A stretch of 64,000 nt of DNA, from contig OY769902.1 in assembly GCA_963669175.1 (NCBI GenBank), forward strand, positions 1,472,001-1,536,000. The letters run 5' to 3'. The notes under the pieces are model-generated. The model was not told the origin of the DNA, made no database searches, and saw only the letters and a program-made list of their open reading frames with translations. Source of the DNA: a bacterium. Its GTDB lineage: Bacteria > Electryoneota > Electryoneia > Electryoneales > Electryoneaceae. A program made the position numbers and the translations under genes. Within the stretch, counting starts at the first letter, position 1. Every line of letters begins with the position of its first letter. Shown piece by piece: positions 20,386 through 30,571 of the stretch.

Positions 20386-22662
20386 CTACAATCCCGCTCT
20401 ACTACCAACCTGGTAAATAAGAACTGCGATACCCCACGCGAATGCGAATGTATAGGATGCCAGGAATATCGGCCACTTCCATGATCCCAGTTCCTTTTTT
20501 ACTACCGCCAGCGTGGCCAGGCAGGGCACATAAATCAGGACAAAGAACATCATCGCCAATGCCATGGATGCGCTGTATTCCGGATTGGACGCAAATTCCC
20601 GTTGCAGGGTGGCGCTCACCCCCTCTTCCTCGCTGTCGCCAAGACCATGTACGATGCCCAGGGTTGAAATGATCACTTCCTTGGCGGTTAATCCACCGAG
20701 TAACCCGATTGAAATGCGCCAGTCAAATCCCGCCGGTTTGAAAACCGGTTCCATGGCGATACCGATCCGTCCCAGGAAACTGTGTTCGATAGCATCTCGC
20801 GCGGCCTCATTTTCCAGCAGGGCAACACGTTCATCCAATTGAGTCAGTTCTGCTTCTGTTGGCGGCACACTGGCCGTCAGCTTCCACTCATTGAAAGCCT
20901 GCTGGCGACTGTTGTCCAGGTCAGCTTCATAGTTCGGGGGTTTCGGGTAATACAACAGGAACCAGATCACGATGCTGAGACCGAGAATGATGGTTCCGGC
21001 CTTGCGGACATACATGTAACTCCGATCCCACATGTGCATCAGGATTGCGCGGGGGGTAGGCATACGGTATGGTGGCAGTTCCATGACAAAAGGCGACACT
21101 TCACCGCGAAACAGGGTTTTACGGAAAACCCAGGCGACGGTGAAAGAAATCAACCAGCCGGCCAGCCAGACCAGCCAGAAAACGGTCCCGGCTTTTTCTT
21201 CGAAAAACGCGGAAGCGAGCATGGCGACAACCGGCACCTTCGCGCCACACATCATGATCGGAGTTACCAGGACAGTAATGATGCGGTCTCGAGGATTCAC
21301 CAGAGTGCGAGCGCTCATTACTGCCGGAACAGCACATCCGGTTGCAATCATAAAGGGGATAAAGCTGCGGCCGTGCATACCGAACAGATGAAAAAACTTG
21401 TCCATCACAAAGGCAGCGCGGGCCATGTATCCGCTGTCTTCCAGGAATGACAAACCAAGGAACAGCAGGACAACCAACGGGAGAAACTCAATCACACCGC
21501 CAACACCGCCGATGATGCCGTCTACAAGAAGATCACGGAGCGCAGTGTCCGGCATGGTCGATGTCAGGAATTCACCCAACTTTCCAAAACCGATTCCAAT
21601 CCACTCGCCCAGCGGGTTTCCAAGCATAAAGGTGAACTGGTAAATCCCGAACATCACGATAAAGAACAGAACAAAGCCGAAGTAACGGTTCAATACTATC
21701 TTGTCGACTTTGTTTGTGAAAGAATCCGCCTTAACCGGATGTGTACGTTTTACCGATTCACGCACGGCGCCGTGGATATACGCATAGCGTTGTTCACCAA
21801 CAACCTGTACGCTCTCGTCTTTATAATGCTTGTACAACCACTTTCGGGATTGAGCAGCTCGATCCAGGACGATAAAAGCATCCTGATGGCCCTGCTCTAC
21901 CTTTTCGGTAGCATGCTTATCCTCTTCAAGCAGTTTTATCGCGATCCAACGGGCAGGATATTTCTCCGCAAATTCACGATCCGAATTCAAGATTGGAAGA
22001 AGCTTCTCAATTTCCCCTTCGATTTCGCGACCGTAATTGATGCTGCGTCCAAGTAATCCGCGATTGCCTTCATAGATATCAACAATAAGGTCAAGCAGGG
22101 CGCCGATTCCACGTCCGCTGCGGCCTACAGTCTTTACCAGGGGAACATCCAGAATGTCGCCAAGATGCTTCTCATTGATATCAATGCCGTTCATCTCGGC
22201 TTCATCACTCATGTTCAACGCGCCGACAACCGGAAGACCCAATTCCTGGAATTGAAGGCACAGGTAAAGGTTGCGCTCAAGGTTGGTCGAGTCAAGGACA
22301 TCCACGATCAGGTTGGGACGATCTTTCAGAACATATTCACGAGTGACAATTTCTTCCGGAGAATACGCAGTCAGACTGTACGTGCCCGGTAGATCAACAA
22401 ATTCGATCCTGTATTTTCCGTGGTGACGATACCCGATTTTCTTCTCAACCGTAACGCCGGAATAATTACCGACATGCTGGTTTTGTCCTGTCAAATAGTT
22501 AAACAGGCTGGTCTTGCCGGAATTTGGGTTGCCTGCCAGTGCAACACGAATGGTGTTGTCAGTCTCATTACTGTCGCCATTTTGCGCCGGGAACAGCGGG
22601 AATCGGCGCCATCCGTGCCGTTGTCGTCTACGTTCATGAATCTCTGGCATCCATAACCTCAA
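20386..22662 (-). CDS. feoB: Ferrous iron transporter B
   Basis: GNPNSGKT, VGNYSGVTVE, DLPGTYSL, LEDSGYMAR, MELPPY. Confidence 0.97.
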   Translation of the reverse strand: MRLWMPEIHERRRQRHGWRRFPLFPAQNGDSNETDNTIRVALAGNPNSGKTSLFNYLTGQNQHVGNYSGVTVEKKIGYRHHGKYRIEFVDLPGTYSLTAYSPEEIVTREYVLKDRPNLIVDVLDSTNLERNLYLCLQFQELGLPVVGALNMSDEAEMNGIDINEKHLGDILDVPLVKTVGRSGRGIGALLDLIVDIYEGNRGLLGRSINYGREIEGEIEKLLPILNSDREFAEKYPARWIAIKLLEEDKHATEKVEQGHQDAFIVLDRAAQSRKWLYKHYKDESVQVVGEQRYAYIHGAVRESVKRTHPVKADSFTNKVDKIVLNRYFGFVLFFIVMFGIYQFTFMLGNPLGEWIGIGFGKLGEFLTSTMPDTALRDLLVDGIIGGVGGVIEFLPLVVLLFLGLSFLEDSGYMARAAFVMDKFFHLFGMHGRSFIPFMIATGCAVPAVMSARTLVNPRDRIITVLVTPIMMCGAKVPVVAMLASAFFEEKAGTVFWLVWLAGWLISFTVAWVFRKTLFRGEVSPFVMELPPYRMPTPRAILMHMWDRSYMYVRKAGTIILGLSIVIWFLLYYPKPPNYEADLDNSRQQAFNEWKLTASVPPTEAELTQLDERVALLENEAARDAIEHSFLGRIGIAMEPVFKPAGFDWRISIGLLGGLTAKEVIISTLGIVHGLGDSEEEGVSATLQREFASNPEYSASMALAMMFFVLIYVPCLATLAVVKKELGSWKWPIFLASYTFAFAWGIAVLIYQVGSRAGL

Positions 22663-23662
22663 TCACTACATCTTTTGCTTCTGCACGGCGAAGCGATAAC
22701 AGGTAACCGTACAGCTCAATCTCAATCGGGTCACGAAGCAATGCTTCACGTATCACAGAACCTTTTGCGCCACGGATAAATCCCATGTCGATCAGGCGTT
22801 GACGGATTTCGCCTTTCGCTTTCAGGCGTTGCACGGTAAACGCACTTCCCGGGGGGATATCCGCAAGGGACAATTGGACTCTTTTCTCCGGTTCTGCTTT
22901 GACTAGTTCTTCAAGGGGACGCTTTACCCAGAGAAAGACAGTTTCGGCCTGCTCCGCATTCAGGGTTTTATCTTCGCCGGCAACATGTAAATGTACTCTG
23001 CCATTCTGCCTGCCAATGAACCGGATGGTCGATCCGGGCAACAGTCCCATACGAATCAACTCGCGACGGGCGACTTCACTGCCCAAGAGGCGAGTAATGT
23101 AGCCTTCCTGTCCTGCTTCCAGATCGGCCAGGCTGCGAATCCCAAGATTCTCAGCCAGCCGTTTCTGCTCCTGCCAGATACCGCATTCAGACAGTTCATG
23201 GACATGATCACATTCATGGTCCATTCGGTTCAACCAGTTGTCACGGAAATGGATGACCAGGTCATGGTCCACTTTCGGGCAATAGGTGATGAATTCCGTA
23301 AACGCGGCGAGCCGTTCCATGGTGGACAGGCTCAGGGCGTGCTCCAGGGAGCAGGCGTCTTTCTCTGCCGTTTCCGGGTCTACCTGCAGCAGGTCAGAGA
23401 GGAATGTTTTGAGGAAATGATGCCGCTGATCGATACTGAACGCGAGCTCACGTCCCTCTTCGGTGAGGTCTACATACTCGCGCGCCTGGTACTCAACGAG
23501 TCCCTCTTTGGCGAGTCGCTGCAATGCGGATACCACGCTGGAAGTCTTGACATCCTTGGCTTTCGCGATATCTCGCACACGTGCGAATCTATGTTCCTGA
23601 ACCAGCCGGAAGATGATTTCGAGATAATCTTCAAGGCTTTCTGTTAATGCACCAACCTGCAT
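22634..23662 (-). CDS. DtxR/MntR family metal-dependent regulator fused to two FeoA domains
   Basis: EDYLEIIF, DACSLEHALS; two FeoA repeats (RRELIRMGLLPG; RQRLIDMGF..DPIEI..LSLRRAEA). Confidence 0.9.
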   Translation of the reverse strand: MQVGALTESLEDYLEIIFRLVQEHRFARVRDIAKAKDVKTSSVVSALQRLAKEGLVEYQAREYVDLTEEGRELAFSIDQRHHFLKTFLSDLLQVDPETAEKDACSLEHALSLSTMERLAAFTEFITYCPKVDHDLVIHFRDNWLNRMDHECDHVHELSECGIWQEQKRLAENLGIRSLADLEAGQEGYITRLLGSEVARRELIRMGLLPGSTIRFIGRQNGRVHLHVAGEDKTLNAEQAETVFLWVKRPLEELVKAEPEKRVQLSLADIPPGSAFTVQRLKAKGEIRQRLIDMGFIRGAKGSVIREALLRDPIEIELYGYLLSLRRAEAKDVVIEVMDARDS

Positions 23663-23734
23663 GCCGTCCTCTGGTAGACATTCCTAACAAAGATAGAACT
23701 TCTTGAGTATCAAGCACAAGATGAAGCTCGAAGA

Positions 23735-23750
23735 GTAGGGATGCCTAATT
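23735..23750 (-). promoter_or_regulatory. Possible DtxR-type operator
   Basis: AATTAGGCATCCCTAC imperfect palindrome ~75 nt upstream of dtxR-feoB. Confidence 0.3.
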
Positions 23751-23995
23751 TAAGCTCTCAAGTACACAAAAGCTAGTTGTTTATCGGCTGGTGTTCTGGC
23801 TATGGAATATTTGCTGAAAAACCGGAATTGACCCTTGTCGGTCAGTCCCGGCTTGTTGTTTTGCTATCTATAGTGTTGTTAAAAATGTCCCATCATGTCA
23901 TCCCCGGCCTTGTACGCCGAGGCGTATTGACCGGGGATCTCGCAGTTATTCTATTCATGGGACAATACTTAGGCAACCTGCTATATCTTACCTGG

Positions 23996-24202
23996 TCACG
24001 CCGCCAGTTCGTCATTCACTTCCTGGATAATCTCATCGACGTTTTCGAATCCTGCGTCACGAATCGCTTCGGCAACAGTTTTCCATAACGGTGTGCCGCA
24101 CTGGATGCAGATGATGTTCCTGCGGGTCAGCAGGCCGATCGCCTTTGGTACCGCCGCCGCCACATCTTCCAGGTCCATATCGCCAGTAATCTTGCTGCTC
24201 AT
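23996..24202 (-). CDS. DUF1858-like small protein
   Basis: ICIQCG..KTVAEA..VDEIIQEVN. Confidence 0.75.
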   Translation of the reverse strand: MSSKITGDMDLEDVAAAVPKAIGLLTRRNIICIQCGTPLWKTVAEAIRDAGFENVDEIIQEVNDELAA

Positions 24203-24465
24203 GGTATCCTCACTGTTGGTTGTTTATCCTGTTGGATGCATAAGGTAGGGGAAAGGTGCGTGAGTGGAAAACAGGGGGTCGCAATTCGTGTTTGTCATCT
24301 CACCAAATACAAATGTCATTGCTGACGGATTTTACTCAGGGTAGAACTTCAATCCATGAATACGCTCCAAGAGCGCATGCCAATTCGAAGCAGTCAGGGA
24401 GCGATAAGTAAATAGATAAATTCAATTAATGTATTAAATATAATAATATAATTATTTAGGTCATA

Positions 24466-24502
24466 ATATATATATATATATATATGTGTGTGTGTATGTG
24501 TG
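24466..24502. repeat. (AT)10-(GT)n microsatellite in very AT-rich upstream region
   Basis: ATATATATATATATATATATGTGTGTGTGTATGTGTG. Confidence 0.9.
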
Positions 24503-24819
24503 ACTATTGCTAATCTTATAACATATTTTAACTATTATATATATTACTGTTATACAGTTGATATTTCTATATTTTTTAAAAAAAACACTTGATATCCATC
24601 GCACAGGATGAATAGTTTATATTATAGAGTATAGAGACTCTTCTAGTTGTGTATGAGAAGATCGTACGCATGCATAATTGTCTATCATTATTAAAATTAT
24701 AGATTTACAAACCTGAAACAATATGTAAAAAAACATCTTCTTTATAGATTTTATGGTCAGTATTAATTATGTTCTCATGGGGGGAACATGAATACTGACA
24801 TGTATTGAAAGGGGGCATC

Positions 24820-25314
24820 ATGCGAGCCACATCAACAACCAAAGCGTTAGTGTTACTGGCAGCCTTATTGGTGGCCACTGCGTCAGTTGCAGCGCCACCT
24901 ACGTACCATTGGGGCTACAGTATGAGTAGTTTGGGATTTAACGAAAGCGACAATCATTACATCCAGAATGCTGTATTACTTGGCGATCATTGTACTGTCA
25001 CAACTACAGTATCGGTTGCACTAGAAGGTAATCCAGACAACATTCCCACAGATGGCTTTTCTGAATATGCAAAAGCATGGTGTGGGCCATCAGTGGGAAT
25101 TCAATATGCGTCAGCGTGTGTTGATGAAACAGAAATGCGTCTGCTAACTACATCTGAGATTGATACTGATGAAAATGTTCCCGTAGCTACAAATGTAGCT
25201 TCATACCGTGTCCGATGGGAATCCAGTGACTACCCTCCGTATTATCCAACTGGCGCAGTAATGGCTTATTGGGGATTCAATATGAGTTTTGTGAATCCTT
25301 ATGGTGAACAATAA
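24820..25314 (+). CDS. Secreted hypothetical protein
   Basis: Signal peptide MRATSTTKALVLLAALLVATASVA; SD GGGGG; no recognised family. Confidence 0.75.
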   Translation: MRATSTTKALVLLAALLVATASVAAPPTYHWGYSMSSLGFNESDNHYIQNAVLLGDHCTVTTTVSVALEGNPDNIPTDGFSEYAKAWCGPSVGIQYASACVDETEMRLLTTSEIDTDENVPVATNVASYRVRWESSDYPPYYPTGAVMAYWGFNMSFVNPYGEQ

Positions 25315-25338
25315 TAGTTAATCATTTTTCTGGCGATA

Positions 25339-25370
25339 CCAATACCCCTGTCATATGACAGGGGTATTGG
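25339..25370. promoter_or_regulatory. Perfect 32-bp palindrome abutting the SD of the next gene
   Basis: CCAATACCCCTGTCATATGACAGGGGTATTGG. Confidence 0.75.
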
Positions 25371-25380
25371 GGGAGGCAAC

Positions 25381-27723
25381 ATGCGAAAAAGAGATATTGA
25401 TATACTATACACATTATGTAATATATTAATAATATTAATATTAATATCACTACATAAAATAGCACAAGCACAATGGAATACAATAGATTATGGTGTACCA
25501 GTGATGAACTCAATTGCAGTCAGCGATGAAGAAAATGATATAGTTGTTGCTATTAGGACGAAAGGTTATTGGAGATCTTATAATAGAGGTCTAGAATGGG
25601 AATTTATAAATGATAATATATTAAATGGATATACTTTATATCCAAGAGATATATGGAGTAACTCTAGTAGTATTGATACGTTAATATTAAAAAATATCAT
25701 ACATGATCGAAGTGAATTACTGATATTTACTTATACTTATACATTAGATGGAGGTGAAACTTGGGAATTTATCAATGATACGACTATTGCCAGAGCTACA
25801 TTTGACAAATGTATAATCACAAATCGTCCCGAGCCAAGCCTTTTATATTTAAGTGGTTCCAGGTTCAATCGAATGACATTACCAGATGGAGACTGGGTGA
25901 CCACGCTCGCTGATTCTTTTTCACATGAAAAGAACTTCCTTTACCAGGATCCCTTTGATGACAGCACCCTTTACTTCGGCAACTGGTTTCAACATGCGGA
26001 GGGGTATGGTTCTTTCAGTGGATTGAATGTATCAACCGATTTTGGCGCGACATGGAATATGGTAATTGATCTGTATGCGATATTCGGGGTTCAACATGCA
26101 GAAGTCAATGGTTTCTGCCATATGCCCAATGGTGACATGATTGCCCTGGTAACAGTCCGTAATTCCGGGGATAATGAATACTGGTACAATGGCAGTTTTG
26201 TGAAGAAACAACAAGGTGACACCACCTGGTACCGTACCGGTTTTGAATTACCTTATCAACACTATCCCTATGCCCTGAAAGAAGATAAAACGCTGGAGGG
26301 GCGTCTGTATACCTGGATGGATGCAGGTGGATTTGGGTTGTGGTGTTCTGATGATTATGGTGAGTCCTGGTCACGCATGCAGGGTGGATTGCCCCAATGT
26401 TATTTCCATCCCCTCGACCTTTTTCAGAACAGCTCTTCAGGCACTCTCTACCTGTTGGGTGAAGGATATGAAATCCTCGCCAGCCAGGATCATGGAGAAT
26501 CATGGTATCCAATCCCGTCACCTGATATTGGTGTCAGTGGCTGGATCAGCATTTTACCGGAGGCGGTCCATTATGTGACCCAGGGTATCAGGTGCTTTTA
26601 CCTGGATGATGTCAACTCCGGCTGGGAGGAGCTTCATTTCGCAAAACCGGAAGACAGAACCGCCATTATAGATCCGGTATGCTATGATTCCGGCGATACT
26701 TTGATTGCACCTGCATTTACCTATCCGGATATGGAAGGGTACCTAGACCTGAATTATTGCATGGCGTTGAGCTATGATGGTGGCGAAACCTGGGACTACG
26801 GTGAACGCATTTACGAGGGACGTGGATGGATGCATCATTTTCAGGATAGTTCTATAGTCCGCATGCTCACTGTTATTGCGATTGATTCCATGGCAATCAG
26901 TACAGATCTCGGGCAGACCTGGACTCACTATCCTCAACCTTCAGATGCGAATTACCTGTATCGGTTGCAGAACCGTGATTTTCTCTACGTAGCAACAGAT
27001 ACCGATGTATACAGGTTTACTTTTGCAACAGCCGAATGGGTTAACACCGGGTATTCAGGACGGGAACTTGACTTTCATGCTTTGCTCTGCCTGCATGAGG
27101 GCAGGCCGTTTATCAAGGATGAACATGCCAACCTGTGGTACTGGAACCAGGATGAAACCTGGGAATTTGTTTGTGCTTTGCCCTTTGATATGGATGGTAT
27201 GACGTTGATACCCAGTGATCCGGCAATTCTCTGCGCAGGATGCAAATCGTCCGGTGATATCTACTATTCAACCAATCTTGGTGCAAGCTGGAGCCTACTG
27301 GATGCAGCCTATCCTGACCAGTTGCTGGAATTTGTGAATTGGGTTGAAGTTCTTTATGATCCCTATCGCGACCTGGTCTGGCTTGATACCAACATCGGCC
27401 TGTTTTATATGTCGGCTGAGGAATTCAGATATCTTGAGACGCCAGTCCGCGTTCAGAATGCTGATTTTCATGAGATCAGTGTATTCCCCAACCCCAGTAA
27501 CCACATGGTTTCCATTAATTATACCATCTCACAACCGAACCATGTCGCGATTGATATCTACAATATTGAAGGGCGTTTGGTGGAACACCTCTATGATGGG
27601 TACAGAGAGCAGGGCAGGTATGCCATTTCATGGCAGGCGGATAATGTGAGCTCGGGAACCTATTTTGTTAAAGTGAACCACGCTGAAAAAACGCTGGTTC
27701 GAAAAGTAGAGATTATCAAGTGA
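25381..27723 (+). CDS. Secreted BNR/Asp-box beta-propeller protein with T9SS type-A sorting domain
   Basis: Several S.D.G.TW repeats; C-terminal VFPNPSN..IYNIEGRLV..VSSGTYF..KVEIIK. Confidence 0.88.
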   Translation: MRKRDIDILYTLCNILIILILISLHKIAQAQWNTIDYGVPVMNSIAVSDEENDIVVAIRTKGYWRSYNRGLEWEFINDNILNGYTLYPRDIWSNSSSIDTLILKNIIHDRSELLIFTYTYTLDGGETWEFINDTTIARATFDKCIITNRPEPSLLYLSGSRFNRMTLPDGDWVTTLADSFSHEKNFLYQDPFDDSTLYFGNWFQHAEGYGSFSGLNVSTDFGATWNMVIDLYAIFGVQHAEVNGFCHMPNGDMIALVTVRNSGDNEYWYNGSFVKKQQGDTTWYRTGFELPYQHYPYALKEDKTLEGRLYTWMDAGGFGLWCSDDYGESWSRMQGGLPQCYFHPLDLFQNSSSGTLYLLGEGYEILASQDHGESWYPIPSPDIGVSGWISILPEAVHYVTQGIRCFYLDDVNSGWEELHFAKPEDRTAIIDPVCYDSGDTLIAPAFTYPDMEGYLDLNYCMALSYDGGETWDYGERIYEGRGWMHHFQDSSIVRMLTVIAIDSMAISTDLGQTWTHYPQPSDANYLYRLQNRDFLYVATDTDVYRFTFATAEWVNTGYSGRELDFHALLCLHEGRPFIKDEHANLWYWNQDETWEFVCALPFDMDGMTLIPSDPAILCAGCKSSGDIYYSTNLGASWSLLDAAYPDQLLEFVNWVEVLYDPYRDLVWLDTNIGLFYMSAEEFRYLETPVRVQNADFHEISVFPNPSNHMVSINYTISQPNHVAIDIYNIEGRLVEHLYDGYREQGRYAISWQADNVSSGTYFVKVNHAEKTLVRKVEIIK

Positions 27724-27818
27724 GTTCTGAAGTTGGAAAGTTACAAAGTTATTTTAGGCGAATATTGGGGATTGACCCATTGGCGTCTGTCCCTGTTTTT
27801 CGTGTACAAGGAATATAA

Positions 27819-28745
27819 TTACGGCCGGATACCATTCCGGTCGATAGCCAGTGAGGTACGTCGTCCTTCGATGCCGGGGGTGCCCAGTTCACGGCCGTCC
27901 AGTTGAAGCGTAATCCCGCCGCCGTTGCCTACCACCATGTTGAACAGGGAGTCGGCACGATACACAGCGGTTTCACCCGGCTGGAGCAAGGCTTCCTTGG
28001 GGGAGGCTTCTTTCTTGTCCATGATCACCTGGAACCAGCATTCGGACTTGGCGGTCACGGTAAGCGACAGGCGTCCCGATCCTGCAATGGACCGTGGGCG
28101 TTGGTTTGGCGCGGGTTGAGGTTGCGCCTGTTCCTGTTTCGTGGCGGGTTCTATAGCGGGTGTTGCCTCGTTCCCCTGGGCAAGGCTGTCTCCGGTTACC
28201 TGTTCAGCAGGAGTGTCGAGATCTTCAACACGAAACTCGTTTTCGACTGGTTCACTGCGCGGCATGAAAAAGATCACAGCCAGAACGGCAACGACAATTA
28301 CTACGCCCACCAGCCAGTAAACAGCAGGGGGCTTGGCCAGGTTGCCGAAGGTTTCGCCCAGGTTCACATTGGAGCCGGGTTCATCTTCAACCAGTTCACC
28401 TGACGGAATTTTCGGTGGCGGCAGTTTCTTGCGTTTTTTCTCGACACGGTCGTATTGACCACCGGTAAGATCGACTGGAACCGGGGGGATTCCGGTAATG
28501 GTGTCGTACTGGTTCAGGACTTCCTCAACATCCATGCTGAGGATTCGTGCATAAGTGCGGAGGAAGGAACGGATGTAGGGGGTGGGCAGGAATTCCCAGT
28601 CACCCTCCTCGAGTTTCTCGAGGTATTGCACGCTGATCTTGCTGCGCTCCGCGATACGTCCCAATTCCAGGTTCTGGTATTCACGGGCAGCCTTCAGCTC
28701 GTCGCAAAACTCCTTTATCCTTTTTTCCGGAGCCATATCCCTCAA
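27819..28745 (-). CDS. rodZ: RodZ-like (HTH + TM + DUF4115)
   Basis: LKAARE..YLEKLEEG..YIRSFLRTYARIL; TM; VGNGGG C-domain. Confidence 0.88.
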   Translation of the reverse strand: MRDMAPEKRIKEFCDELKAAREYQNLELGRIAERSKISVQYLEKLEEGDWEFLPTPYIRSFLRTYARILSMDVEEVLNQYDTITGIPPVPVDLTGGQYDRVEKKRKKLPPPKIPSGELVEDEPGSNVNLGETFGNLAKPPAVYWLVGVVIVVAVLAVIFFMPRSEPVENEFRVEDLDTPAEQVTGDSLAQGNEATPAIEPATKQEQAQPQPAPNQRPRSIAGSGRLSLTVTAKSECWFQVIMDKKEASPKEALLQPGETAVYRADSLFNMVVGNGGGITLQLDGRELGTPGIEGRRTSLAIDRNGIRP

Positions 28746-29347
28746 TCTGTCCTGTTAGAAGTGTACAGACGATCTGCTTCCTGCATGACCCGTGCAAGCG
28801 GCAAACCGACTACATTGAAATAGCATCCTTCTAACCGATCCACAAACATGCCAGCCCGTTCCTGGATGCCATACCCGCCCGCTTTGTCAAACGGACGGCA
28901 TTCTTGAATGTACTCACTGATTTCACGTGAATGAAGAGCACGAAAGCGAACTCTTGTTTTTTCTACTCCTTCCGTAACTCTCCACCCGGCGCCGTGTTTT
29001 TCCTCTCGAAACGCCAGCACAAACCCGGTTACAACTTCATGCCATGTCCCGGCCAAGCGAGTCAGCATGGCCTGCGCTTCCTGCTCGTTTGCCGGTTTCC
29101 CGACAGGTGTGCCGTCGATTACAACTTCGGTATCCGCTGCCAGTACGAACCCCGCGCTAACTTTTTCACAGACGACCCGGCTTTTCCGACGGGCGTTTTC
29201 CAGTACTGTCGCCTCCGGGTCACCATTGTTCAGCTCGTCCACATCGGCCGGGCAGACCTCAGGTTCGATACCGGCTTGACGTAATAACGCGAGCCTGCGT
29301 GGAGAAGCGGATGCCAGTGTCCATTTTACGTCGCGTAGTGAGGTCAC
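28742..29347 (-). CDS. maf: Maf nucleoside triphosphate pyrophosphatase
   Basis: LASASPRR, AADT, GKP, DKAGGYGIQ, NVVGLP; GTG start overlapping upstream TGA. Confidence 0.93.
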   Translation of the reverse strand: MTSLRDVKWTLASASPRRLALLRQAGIEPEVCPADVDELNNGDPEATVLENARRKSRVVCEKVSAGFVLAADTEVVIDGTPVGKPANEQEAQAMLTRLAGTWHEVVTGFVLAFREEKHGAGWRVTEGVEKTRVRFRALHSREISEYIQECRPFDKAGGYGIQERAGMFVDRLEGCYFNVVGLPLARVMQEADRLYTSNRTD

Positions 29348-30255
29348 CAGTTCCACACTCCCGCCAGTATTGCCGCCATGCCGGGCAACATCACCCATTT
29401 TACCAGTTGCTGGGTACGTCGAATATTGACCCGTTCCGGGTAAACAAACGCTCCCCCGGCGAGGAAAGCAAGGGGTAACGCGGTCAACGGCCCGGCAATT
29501 ACCAGGTACACCCAGTTCAACCACCCTGTAAAATGGGGAACAGGAATCCACGCTGCTGTAACCAGCATCACAAGGCCGGCGGTTCTCACTGTGACCCGGC
29601 TCCCCTTGATCATGGCTAATGTGTGATGTCCCGCGGCACGGTCGCCGGTTTCATCTTCGGCGTCTTTGAGCAGCTCACGTGCGAAATGAACCGGAACCGC
29701 CAATGCGAAAGGAAGCAATCCGGAGTTGATGTCTCCTGCTGCCAGCGCTCCGAAAAGGAAAGGTGCTGAAGCAATAATCGCTACGAGTCCATTCCCGACA
29801 ACCGGCCACCCCTTCGCCGCGCCGATGTACAGGTACAGCACAATCGCGGTTCCTAATGCGAATAGCAGACAGGGAATGTTGATCAGGAATGATACTACAA
29901 TTCCGACCACGATCAGGTTGAGCCCGAACAAACGCGCGAAGCCGGGAGTTAATTGTCCTGATGAAACCGGACGGTCGGGTCGGTTGATTTTGTCCTCGGT
30001 GATATCCATGCCATCATTGAGCGCGAATCCACCTGCGGCTATGGCAACGGAAGAGAATATAGCGTAGGTCAACGCTGAAGCATCTACCTGGCCCAGTTTG
30101 ATCCCCACCAGCATACCACCCAGGCTGGTACCCAATAGGGTGAATACGAGGTTTAAAGGGCGGAGTAATCTGAAAATAGAAACTATTTGCAAGGATATCT
30201 CAGCGTTTTTGGAAACCTGTACTTTATGAAAATACAATGAGTGTTTTGCCTGCAT
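29344..30255 (-). CDS. UbiA prenyltransferase, DGGGP synthase-like
   Basis: LRPLN, NDGMDITEDKINRPDRPVSSG, RELLKDAEDETGD. Confidence 0.85.
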   Translation of the reverse strand: MQAKHSLYFHKVQVSKNAEISLQIVSIFRLLRPLNLVFTLLGTSLGGMLVGIKLGQVDASALTYAIFSSVAIAAGGFALNDGMDITEDKINRPDRPVSSGQLTPGFARLFGLNLIVVGIVVSFLINIPCLLFALGTAIVLYLYIGAAKGWPVVGNGLVAIIASAPFLFGALAAGDINSGLLPFALAVPVHFARELLKDAEDETGDRAAGHHTLAMIKGSRVTVRTAGLVMLVTAAWIPVPHFTGWLNWVYLVIAGPLTALPLAFLAGGAFVYPERVNIRRTQQLVKWVMLPGMAAILAGVWNW

Positions 30256-30364
30256 TAATATCGGGCTGATTTGTAACGAAATGAAAAATCAGAATAAGGA
30301 GGCAAAAAACCATAATCTGGTTCAACCTACTCTAATATTGTTATTTCAAAAGCCAAACCAGACT

Positions 30365-30495
30365 GAGATACTGGTTTCTAAGAGATACGGCGTCAAAGAG
30401 ATACTGGTGTCTATGAGATACGGTGTCAAAGAGATACAGCGTCTAAGAGATACGGTGTCAAAGAGATACAGCGTCAAAGAGATACTGGTCTCAAA
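30365..30495 (+). repeat. Tandem array of 8 x 16/17-bp units
   Basis: GAGATAC(T)GGTGTCAAA consensus; units start at 30365, 30382, 30398, 30415, 30431, 30447, 30463, 30479. Confidence 0.9.
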
Positions 30496-30571
30496 GAGAA
30501 GCTGACTACAATAAGCTAATGGCTTTACTTAGCAGGCTTTAGCCTGCTCTTCTTAGCACCCGGCTTTAGCC

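Noticed and set aside
29348-29551. N-terminal extension of Maf in the ORF track
   Set aside because: It overlaps ubiA; Maf homology begins at the GTGA-coupled start 29347.
30281-30505. 74-aa ORF, and ORFs at 35350-35684
   Set aside because: These are translations of tandem repeats and REPs.
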